Source: Catajapyx aquilonaris
Lineage: Eukaryota
Assembly: GCA_000934665.2 (NCBI GenBank)
Contig: KZ538247.1
Span: forward strand, 1-64,000
Direction: 5' to 3'
DNA length: 64,000 nt
Shown here: in pieces, positions 27,688 to 38,800 of the stretch
How positions within the stretch are numbered: position 1 is the stretch's first letter
Layout of the letters: each line of letters begins with the position of its first letter
The notes under the pieces: model-generated
Told to the model about the DNA's origin: nothing
Databases searched by the model: none
Seen by the model: the letters and a program-made list of their open reading frames with translations, nothing else
Translations under genes and position numbers: made by a program

Positions 27688-28312
27688 CAAAACCGATCTG
27701 CTTATGACTCGGGTATGCGCGGTATTTGCGGCCAGGTCGATCCAGCTAATTGTGGCCAGTGCAAGGTGAGAAACACAGGCGGCAAAGGCGCACCTCCCTC
27801 TATTGAACCTGCCAGGTAAATTGCAACAAGGCAACGGGACGCAATGATATGAGACCCTAGGGTGGGCCCATTCCCATGCAAATTCCGCACTAACTCCTGC
27901 TGTTTCCTTTTTCTCTCCCTCCTTCCTTACTCTTTCCAGCCTTCTTCCTCCGCCAATTAAGGCCCGACGAGGAGGCAACTTTGCATCCGACCCGCTTGTT
28001 TTATTAGGTGCAGCCCGGCCCGTTTGTCGCTGCGGCACCTACGCTATCCGCCGCAGCACCAAATTGTACCGGGGCCCCGTTTTCTTCCATGTGCCAGCAG
28101 GCAAGATTCGCGAAATAAATGCATGAGAGAGGCTGCAAGGCTCCAGCTCTTGAGCAAACTTGGAGCATATTGCGTCGCGAAGACACGGCCCCTTGGGTTG
28201 CATTCCAGAAGGAGTCATGCGCGACAGGTGGAGACGATACAGACCAAGTTTGGTTCATGTATCACTTGACTGAGGTTTAATGAGGTTCTGGAGACACATT
28301 TTGGCTAGTGTG

Positions 28313-28489
28313 AGCGACGGTCGATCTCTTCTTAATCTGAGCAACGCGACGGTCGCTCCCTCTCACTCTGAGCAACGCGACGGTCGCTCCCTCTCACTCT
28401 GGGCAACGCGACGGTTGCTCCCTCTCACTCTGGGCAACGCGACGGTCGCTCCCTCTCACTCAGGGCAGCGCGACGGTCGCTCCCTCTCA
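28313..28489. repeat. 31-bp minisatellite, 5 copies plus one degenerate copy
   Basis: Unit ctgagcaacgcgacggtcgctccctctcact, head-to-tail from 28337, no spacers. Confidence 0.95.
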
Positions 28490-31400
28490 GCTTAAGCGGT
28501 TCCAAACCTGAGAACCTGCGCTTATTCGTGTTACACCCAACGGCACCGGTGATACTAACAGATGGTGCTACTCGCATTACGGGCACCAGACGACGCTATT
28601 ATTAAAACGCTAATTTTAATAAACATTCGTGACGGCGGGGGAAAATACTGGAGCAACCAGCGTGCAAAGTGAATTAGGAAGCCATTACTGCGCATAAGCC
28701 GCCTGATATTTTCCATTAAGATGTCGACATTGTACGGTATCGGCCTGATGCATAATTCAGCGCATAGGAAGAGTGTTATTCGGTGTTGGAGCGAGCGTCG
28801 TTTCTTCCGGTTTCGGCCGAATTGCATTTAGCCGATGTTTTTGAAGGGTGTATTTTGCCCCTTGGATGCAGGCTGCCTGGCGAACAAGAGAGGTTGATAG
28901 GTTTCGTGGATGTCCAGGATAAACGCGGACGTTCAAGGTCTTTTCCGGGCCACCCCCTTCCTATTCAGGACGCGCTTTTATGGTGCCATAAAGGCAACTA
29001 ATTCCTGGTCTCAAGGTTTTATAGTTCAGTTTCATTAAGGCCGTACCGGTATAGATGAGTGCGACCCAGCTGACACGCTACACACCATTCCGTACGAAAA
29101 GGATTTTCTCGAATTAACGAAAAAGAACATTGTTGAGCCATTCGGGATAAACGTGGCATGCTCCAGAACTATGAAAATTGTAGGGGTGCTCTTTTTAGTA
29201 ATTTGACGACGTGAAGCCGGGTTTTTACCTTATACTGCAAAGTGAGGTGGTAATAGCGATTACATTATTTAAGTACATGACCATGCGTGCTTACATTTTA
29301 TTTGAGCTTAAAACTTCTCAATTTGAGCAAAATTTAATTTTAGCGTTTTTAGAGTGTAATCAGTGATATTGTTTACACCAGAACTGGTTCATTGGAACTT
29401 TGCCTTCAAAAAAATATCTTCAGTTGCCAAAAATCTCATCCAGCAGTCTCAACACTAAAGCAATTTAATCAACTAACATTTGGATGCCCCCGGTTGAAAG
29501 ACCCTGAATAATATGTCTGCGCATGATTTCCCTGACTAGACTCAATATCATCTTCTTTCCCCCTCTGTCCTTCTCGGAGGGGGAAAAAAGGGAAGGAGGG
29601 AGGCCTTGGACTAAATCCAGTTGAACAGAAAGTATGAGGATCCCCGATACGACGTCGCGGCTTCAACACGCATCAGAATGCATTTTGACAATCGACGGAC
29701 GCAGATTCGGTTCCAAAAAAAATGCTATCCTATCTCTGAGTGGGATTCGAGTAAAATTGGTGGTCTTTATAAAGCAGAGGCAGTGCGGAAGGTGTTGAGA
29801 AGCAGAAGGCGACTGATAAAGACTGGCGTCGGCGCCTTCATTTTTTTCGGACCCTCTTTTCATTGAAAATGGTGCAACCGGACGATAAAAACTTGGGTGG
29901 TAGGTGGGGGTGGTTGGAGAAAAAAACCGTTTTACACTTTGCTGAACAAACAAAGCGCCGCTTCGATGAACCGGAAGGAGCTTTCCTTAAGAGCCTCCCC
30001 CACATCTGGAGGGACGGTCGGAATATGAGGACATCGATCCAAGGGTTTTGTGTCCTTGTGTATATAGTGTGGTCTCATTTTTACATCGGATTGGCAAGTT
30101 CTACCTTTTGCCCGGCGAGGGGAAAGTTCCTTTTCACCCCATCGCCACAGGATTATTACCCTTCAAAGAGTACTCCTTTGTGCCACTGACAGACAGAACT
30201 AACTGCTGACTGCCTTTGCCTCTTCTTCCAACGGATGCTTCCATCTACACTTTTCACGCTCGGCTTCTCTTGCGTTTGCTCTGAAACGCACTGAGAAGCT
30301 GCAGGGTACAGCATGTACCTTGCTTTCAAACTCATGTTAGGATGAGGGAGTTCCAAATTATTTGTTTAACCCTAAAGCGAACCAAGTTTATTTTTTATTT
30401 ATTTTTTTGTTAATTTTATGTGCCTAAAATGAACCTAAATTATTTTAACAGGAAGTGAAAAACAATGTTGGGTTCAAGCTAAAAAATTAATTTCAGTTGA
30501 AAAGTGGGCTGATTATCTAATTAACAGTGCAGCAGACTGGAAGTTCAAACTCCATTTTTTGTAACATTTGAAAGAATTTAAAAATAATATTTCAGTCAGG
30601 TTCACATGTGAGGTAAATGGCCATTAGTGAGCGAGAAATGCTGATCGTAATATTTTTTTGTGACACTAAAAGACTGTAAATCACATGGGTGCATATAATG
30701 TTGGAGCAAAGCCTGCTCTAAATCTGAACGCGACCTATTCAAAAAATAATAAAACACAATTTTTTTTTAAATTTCTCAGTGGAATAGACCTAACATTATT
30801 TTTTTTCCCAGGCCCACCAGGCTTGATGAGGTAATTTCGCATCCCCTAAACCCTGTTGCCCAGAGGTTCTTTCTTTGTCATTTTCACATCAAGCCCGCTA
30901 TTTCATGGCACACATAATTAAAAATTAAAAAAAAACACTCGGCTTAATAGATAACGGTTAGTTTTATGAGAAACGAGCCAGTCTCATAAGCGACTTTATT
31001 TGGCAATGTCCACAAGATCCTGGTGGAGGCAAGCACACAGAGCAAAACGTGCCCGGATAGTTGGCCAAGTATTTAGGCGGCGGTCAAAAGAACAAACTAA
31101 CCCTCAAGTTCCTGGAAATGGGAAGTTGGCAAGCCCTGAAGCCAAAGCTCCAAGGAAGGACTTTCCTCTCAGGGAAGAGGATTATGATATACGTATCCTG
31201 CAAGAGGTGGCTCTGAACTCAAATAAAATTTTTTAAAGCAATAACTATTGGGGATGGTCATAAAAATACCGCCGGATTTCCGGTTTCCTGGGCCAATTAT
31301 ACGGCGGCAGTAAATTACTCCAGTTCTTTTCCACCAGATCAAAGCCGAGCCCCAATACTGTGCAACTCCATATACACACCGGAGGCCTACAAAGTGCAAC

Positions 31401-33832
31401 TAACATCTCTCCATTTACTTCCTGCTCGGAGCTATGCAGGCTACATATTTCATGGGGAAAGGGAGGAATAATTACAGCGGGGCAAATACGGAAATATAGT
31501 GTTCATGTCACACCAAATGCTTCGTACTTGCTAGGGACATACCGGGGCCTTATCCCTGGGGCCATGCGGTATTGCAAAGTAGACTGTGTGGTACTGTACG
31601 TGAGGCTTTTAGCGAATGAGGAAAGTGGACTTGTTCCTTTTAGGAGGATAAAATGGGGCCAATCGGGGATAAGGGTACAGTACTGGGCGCCAACAATGCG
31701 ATGGTTTGATCTGATGGTGAGTAGGTTTTCTTAGCACTGTATGCACACTGTAATTCAATGCTTCAATTTGGAGGCGTTTCCAGTCCGGGACATAGATCAG
31801 AAATTCGGCCTTTGCAATAGTTGCGCGAATATACTGTACAGTCGTGGGCATTCAACCGTAGATGAGACGTAGGGCAAATAATGTGGTTGGAAATTTGCAT
31901 AAGATTTGCTTGTTTATGTCATTTGAGCTGATGTGGCCAACGTAATTCGGACGCTTCCCGTATATAATTATTATAATTATGCCGAGATGGTACACCATAT
32001 TCAGCAGTCTAAGACCCCCCAAGATTGGCTGTAATTTCAACCTAGAACAAACAAGTAGCCATTGTTAATTCAGCTTATTGATTGTTATGCATAACCTCCA
32101 TTGATTTGGATAATCGGAATTCTATTGCGGGGTTATGAAACTACCAATAATCAACTCTGGCTCGGGACCAAGATAATGGCGCTCCTTGTGCAATGGAATG
32201 GCTTTAAAATTTAAATTATTGGGAAGGGAGGGTTTTTGTTTTTTTTCGGGGGGGGGGGGGGGGNGGGCTTTTGAACGTGTGCCCGTAAAAATAATTACTT
32301 GAGTCGTTTCATCCCCAAACCCTCGACAGGTTCATTTGGTGCAAGCAAGGTTTATGTGCGCGTGCATTTTTAACGCCATTACTAGCTCCTGCAATTAGCC
32401 AGTTACATTTTGCAAAGGACTGAATGCATTGGTGCATGCAGTATGATCATTTCAGACTGGATACTGGTCATATAACGAGTTGCGAAAACTGCAGCAAATG
32501 TGACGCCAAGTCTTCAAGATTTTTACGGCACTTCATTTTCGACGTTATTGAATGGCTCCAATTACTGCAGTAATGATGACAGCAGTAACGATCGATTCCT
32601 GACCGACGGGCTTTTTCACACTTTATTTGTCAGAATTGGGGCATCGATAAGGACCTACTCTTCTTGAAAGAACTTTCTTTGAAAAAAAAAAAAAATCAAT
32701 TCTGGTATAACCTAGCAGGGTATAGGTTCAAACCCGAGATATCACATTTTAACACATAATAGCTGCGAACGCAATCATCCATTTTAATTACTGGCATTCA
32801 TTCAGCCGTGCATGATTACGCAATTGCCAACATTATTCTACACAAATAAATTGTAAATATCTGTTGACGCCTGAAATTTCACATTTTGAGATAATGTTGT
32901 ACCCTCTGTTATGGTTATGTGGAGCCACAGTTCATAATTATTCTATCCACATTTTGGTGCTACCCTGTAACCTGCAAAAAAAAAATGGCACCCGTGTTAT
33001 TGCTTCCATCCATCCACCAGGACCCATCCGTCCTGAGCAAATTGCAAATGACTAGAAGCCAGGCGCCCTTAACTCCCAAGATGAGATAGACTCTTTTGTC
33101 AATGTTGTTCCTTCCTCCCTCCCTTCCCCCCCCCCCCCTTCAACCTCTCCCCATCCAACCAGATCCGCAATTAGCGGCGCATTTTGCCTCTCCCTACCCT
33201 GGATTTGCATCTTTATCGTCGCTGAGATTGTGCAGCGTGCCTTTGGCCCATCGCCAATCGCCATCTTATATGCACGGGCTCTGACTTTACCATTTCCCTC
33301 ACCTTCGTCTCCCCTCTCCTTCCCTATATAGGATCAGATTTTTCTTGGTTCGAACAATCAGCGGCCAATTGTATCCCGAGCGAGAATGTGACACATGCAT
33401 TTATATTCAGGGGACCCGCTCCGTAATCTTGGTTCATCCTGGAGGAAATGCATTGTCGGGAGACGGCACGTGCGAGGTGCACTGCCGGGTATGCCCTGGA
33501 ATACTACGTGTTCTTCGGTGCATATCTAGGGGGGCTGGGTATTGTTGCCTTGATTGCAGGCCGTCTGCTGTAATTTGGCTGGAATTGGACTGAAGTTATT
33601 GTCCCAGGGAGTATTCAGGAATGACGTGACATTTCCGTACATACAAATGGAAAAAATTATGTTTCACCTTATCTTTCTCCTAATAGGCCGGATGTTTGTC
33701 CGACATGATAGTATCGCTATCGCTCGCACGACATGAGGGTGGCGGGAGTGTGCAGAAGGGAGGGTGTGCCATCTATGCGCACATGGTAAATCAGCGGTCA
33801 TTTCATTAAATCAAGTTAAATATATTGTTTAA

Positions 33833-34143
33833 CTAGTACATACAGTATGGTCGAAGCCCTCTCCCTCGCTCCTACGCCCCTGCTGTGAGGTCACAGTGAT
33901 TTAGGACACGAAGAGAGTGGGAGAGTTGGTGTTGGTGATTGGAGGAGGGGATGAAGGAGCGAGGTGTTATGGGAGAGGAGATGTGTACTCGACAACCTCC
34001 AGCACGCAACTGAGGAGTTTCTCCACCCACTGCGCATGCGTAGAAAGCGAACCAATCGGAAGCGTCGCGGTAACAACATTATGCGGACCGGGCCAATCAA
34101 AAGGCTTGGTCGTGCAACGAAGATTTTAAAATTATACAGTAGT
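33833..34143 (-). mobile_element. Helitron-like element, same family, minus strand
   Basis: Reverse complement reads ...taattttaaaatc...tgattggcccg...ttgttaccgcgacgcttccgattggttcgctttctacgcatgcgcagtggg..., colinear with 1435-1560. 3' end has the imperfect hairpin GGGCTTCGACC followed by CTAG|T. Confidence 0.65.
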
Positions 34144-35265
34144 TCCTGGGTTTTAGCAAATTTTGGCAACAGGTTCACTAGTGTGGTAATAATGGACTAA
34201 AATTATTTGCGTCAAGTGTCGTCCGTGCTTTTACTAAACCGGTATGTAATTCGATATACAACCCTCGACGGAGACATGCAATGAGATGGGATCCTGAGGG
34301 TTAGCTATATGGGGAAAAAGGCCAAATCCGCAGTGACCTCCTGTGTTTTCTCCCTCCCCAACACGCCTCTCTCTCTCTGCTAAGGTTATATGGGCCCAGG
34401 CAGGCTGGAGGGAGGCAGCTTTTATAGCCTGCTAGGCTGTAAAAATCGTAATGGTACTGCAAGACGGCAGCGGTGCACTATACCAGTACTATACACCAAG
34501 CCTCACCCTCCATCCAGGCACACCCACACATCCATTGGGGTTCATATTGGCTACAAGGCTCGCAAATTTCTTCTGTGGTATGCCACTCACAAGTTTTCCT
34601 ACTCTACTCTGCTTCTATGCGGTACTTAGGCTCGTAGCTTAACATTTTTAAAGGTCCGGACATGGGAGTGCACTGGGAAATATTTCACTGTCTTGTCATA
34701 TCTGTCGGGTTTGTAAGATTTCTCATGTCTTTTTTCCCATATTATGTTAGAAGCACTGTTTTCTTGGAAAATATTTTGATGGTCCTTACAAGTCATATAA
34801 TAATTTAGATCATTTTAATCAATGATTTAGACGGAAATTGCATGATTGTTCCAGTAATGTGCATGTACGATAAAACACCTGACTTCGCCGAAGATAGCGT
34901 AACTACAGACTTGACGACGTCCATTACCAACGGATTTATACCAGGGGCTGCCTTTACACAGGGAGCGTGATGCATCACTTATATCGTGGCGGCGGTTGGG
35001 AGGTTTTTAAACCTCGTAAGTCAATTTTTAGAGTTTCTGAGATAAGGAGGAGTCTGCGAGGGAGGCGTGACCCACATTTCGGTACGACCTACCGATATTC
35101 CCCACCGACCTTTAGAAACTGATCTACGGCACAACTTATAAAGCCTCGTAAATGATCACGTTACCCTCACAAAAATCTGGCATGAAGACGGTAATGTTTG
35201 ATAATATTATGCCAGTAAGACACTTGGAGTCATTTGGAGTCGACAAACAATATTTGTAAAAATTA

Positions 35266-35402
35266 TGTGAGGACCCTTGACCTGACCCCTGACCTAGCTA
35301 GCTCGCAGGGTGTGGGAATAAGAGACCGGTAGGAGGTTAAATCAGTGTATTGCAGGAGTGATACAGGAGAGAGAGTCCTCACAATGGCGCCCAACGTGGG
35401 GC
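35266..35402 (+). mobile_element. LTR retrotransposon remnant: 118-bp LTR (35266-35383) plus tRNA-Lys primer-binding site (35385-35402)
   Basis: TGTGAGGAC...GTCCTCACA is a perfect 9-bp terminal inverted repeat with TG..CA ends. One nt later comes TGGCGCCCAACGTGGGGC, the canonical tRNA-Lys1,2 PBS. Confidence 0.85.
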
Positions 35403-35657
35403 CCGACAATTACTGAAAACGTTAGGTCGTATTCATCAAGCTCACGCTGGGCGCCATTTTTGCTCACGCTTGGAGTCATTTTTCTGTAGCACTAGTTGTC
35501 TGCATTTTGCCACCAAATAGTGAACTGGGTCTAGTCCGGGTCCAGCTTAATCATATACCCTTAGTATCCTCGACTCTCCCCAGTAATCGCACGCATTAGA
35601 CGCACCGGCATGCATATCTTAGCACCCAATACAATCTCCCCTGGCCCTGACTTGCAG

Positions 35658-35837
35658 AGATGGGCGAATCCCCTCCGGAGCCGGCTCCTCCGGAAGTTCC
35701 ACCCCGAAGCGGCTCTCTCCTGCAACCCGGAGTCCTACGGGCGCCTCCGCCGCCATACCCGGAGGCCGAGCAAGACTCCGAGCACTCCGGATACCACACC
35801 ACGCCCTCTGGAACCACCTGCGTCTTCCTCTCGCAAG
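35658..35837 (+). CDS. Ten-a: Teneurin (Ten-a-like) coding exon 3 (180 nt, phase 1-1), proline-rich motif
   Basis: Acceptor ctgacttgcag|AG, donor CAAG|gtaccg. Encodes (E)MGESPPEPAPPEVPPRSGSLLQ...YHTTPSGTTCVFLSQ. Resembles the ESPPEPAPPE[IV]PPR..SL segment I recall from insect Ten-a; Ten-m has the related APPDVPPR...TPSG. Confidence 0.8.
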
Positions 35838-38800
35838 GTACCGTCCTTACACCAACCCCCGCATGTTCATTAGCAGCACCCCCGAAGCAAGCAACTCCGG
35901 CTTAATAAAGCAAAGGGGGCGGACCTGAATAAGTCATGAAGGCAAAGGCAACGCCAGGAAAACGTGGGAAGGGGGGGAAAAAGTCGTAAACTGCGGCCTT
36001 AATCCCCTTTGTTTACTGCGCCCCGGACTCTGAATGTTTCATCATCCACGCTCTGCACTCGGAAAAGTACGCTCCTCCGCACTCAATATTTTGCGAGTGG
36101 ACTTAGGACTATTTTTCATAAAATAGGCGAGAATATCACTGGTAGCGTGAGCAAGAAGGCAATTCTCGCAACTCGTGCCAGTTCTGGCCGTCCCCGCCAG
36201 GCACACTGAGGTCAGCATATTGGGAAACCTCAAGTGGTCACCGCAACCGGCCCTAACCTTGCGGATACAGCCCCATCTTCAGCGGATACACAACCTATGA
36301 GAGTAGGTGGGCCGGTTGCGGGGACCACTTGGGGGAGTAGCGGGGACGTCACAAATTGTCCGTTAAAAACGGTTATTTTTAAAAAAAATGACGCAGGATT
36401 GCCAAAAATATTCGTAAAATCGTGTGTCGAGGAAAAACTGGTTTTCTGATGCACTTTCCGTAGTAGGTCAGACCGTCGGAAGGAATAAATGGATCCCGGG
36501 CATTAGAGATTGCGCGCATAGATTAGGGACAATCTTCATGGAGGAGCGCATTTATCAGCACTCAAAAGAGAAGTAAAGAAAAGTTTACTTCTTCATCACC
36601 ATCACTATTACGTGTCTCCCTCCTTTCCCTCCACCTCCTCCTCCTACCCACACCCAACTCAGTTCGCGCCATAACTTGGTGGGGTCGGAAGTTTGCTGGC
36701 GAATGACTCCATTAATCGATTGGGGAAGTTTAATCGAGTGCCCAAAGCTGCAAATTACACCGGCAAGACACTGGTTTTATCGCACCGATTACTTCTTTTA
36801 CGTACTCGCTCCGACCGCCCCAACTTTGCCATTCAAATCGCTTTTCTGGAGACTGTTTGCTGAAGCAGGAAGCGCTGGGGGAGGGGGGGAAAAAAAGGTG
36901 CTTCATTGCTGCCTGAACCATTTATTATTCACAAGTTTCCGGTTCCATAGCCGATATAGGCAGCCAGTGTGACCAACTCTGCCGAAATATGGCTGGGAAT
37001 TCGCAGCACCTGTGCAGCGCCATCACCATGTTTCTACAGACGTTATGTCGCTTGTAACGTCCTAGCAGATTGAGGGTGGTGGCAGGGTCATCTGGGGAGT
37101 GTTACGCAGTGGTGAGGATTGCACGATTTCCGCTTCCTACTGGCCGGAACAAAAGTGGTGCATCTGCAGAATGAGGGTACGAGATGGGGGTTAGGAGGAG
37201 GGTAAGAGATGGGGAGGATTCGCCTGCAGGGGACAAGTTGCAGAAACAAAAGGCCGTCGACTTCCATTCGAAATGGGGCTTGGAAGGAGTCGAGAAAGTG
37301 CCGCATGCTGGTGGGGGCCATGAGCATGATGGCAGGCAGGCAGGATTAATCCCATGGCTGAGTGCGAGAGGAAATTGGGCTGCGCCAGTGTTGCCAGATA
37401 CTTTCCTCACCCAACCACCCACCGCCATATTACATTACTCTCGAATAAAAATTGGTTACTCTCCTGCACATTGTTGTTGGTGACCTTTGGCACGGTGGCA
37501 ATTGGGTATGAATCGGTATAACAAAGTACCGGTAGAGCCAATCTGAACCAATGTAGTGAGAGTGTGCAACACTGGGTCGCTTTGGGGTCCCCCTTCTTCC
37601 CCCTACTCACACACACACATGTCCTCCTTCACTGCTGAGGCTGAGTTCGTGCGTGATAGTGACCGGGAGTGACACATTGGCGGGATTCACCAACAGGAGC
37701 CATCATTGTTGACAATGTAACCTGGAGGAACCAAATGCCAGAGGGTGAGACACACTTACAGATTTTTCGGGATGGGTAACATGAGAAGAGCCGGAAAGAG
37801 CTCCCGCTGGTTACATGCGGTATATAATAGTGATGAATGGGCAAGGTCGGTAGCTCAGAAGGGGCCTCGCCGGATTCATTGAGTCACAGCCGTTGGTGAA
37901 TGGGCACAGGGCCAATAAGGACGATGGCCCGTCGATCCACCTACACGCACACTCTACCCGTTTTATTATGAAACACCTTGTGCTGACTCCGCCAACATTT
38001 TAAGCCCTGGCACCCCTTTGCCTTCCAATTACCGGCCAATCAGTACGGTATTTCCTGACGAACACGTGCAACTGATTATCTTTTTTTAGTGCCCCATAAT
38101 ACAACGCGCCGCTTCACTCTTCTTCCCCCAAAGCCATCCTGCTCCGGATCGGTTTACAGGTTCTTAAGACAACCCCATTCATTAGCACTCTCTACGCTCC
38201 ATATCACTTTGGGATAGATGACTTGAAGTGTGTGCATCATTGTGTCGTCTAATAGTATGGGAGGCTCCAGACAATTTTTTTTTTGGCATACACTGTACCG
38301 TAGTATGCCATCAGCAGCTCCCACGAATTTTCCAGCCATTGTGCGACCGAATTACAAACATGCGTGTGTTGACCCACGCATTGAAGTGGCTTTAGCGGCG
38401 TGACCTAGCCCTATACGCACCCTATACGATAGGTGGATGGCAGGTGCTGACTGAATGGGCCAAGAGTGCAGCTGTCACTAGAGAGCCTCCTTTATTGTCC
38501 TGGATTGAATGCAACAATGGAGGCGCGAAAGAGGGGCGCGTTTATTGTCAGCATTACGTCATGGGGGTCTTTTTGCTAATTAGCCAAGGGGTGTGGACCC
38601 GCCCTTTGCGCGTGTAAGAGGCCGGATGCAGATGGGGCACGTGCCCCGGGGCCGCCCCTAGTGTTTGATCAGTGGCCGTGCACCAGGCACGTGCGGGCAG
38701 ACGTGCGCCTTAAGGCACTTGGCACCAAAGGGGGGGAGTAAATCCGACGGGGATCACTTTGATCAATGGTGATTGTGTTATTTACTCTCAGGCCAGATTT

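Noticed and set aside
28313..28489. 31-bp repeats with an internal palindrome (gcgac-g-gtcgc), superficially CRISPR-like
   Set aside because: Units are directly adjacent with no unique spacers, there are no cas genes and the context is eukaryotic. It is a minisatellite.
35385..35402. tRNA-Lys gene on the minus strand
   Set aside because: Only the 3' 18 nt, including the CCA complement, are present, directly after an LTR end. This is a PBS, not a tRNA gene.
35223..35480. 13-bp direct repeat cttggagtcattt as target-site duplication of the LTR remnant
   Set aside because: It does not abut the LTR, is longer than the usual 4-6 bp LTR TSD, and the right copy belongs to a local ~22-bp tandem duplication.
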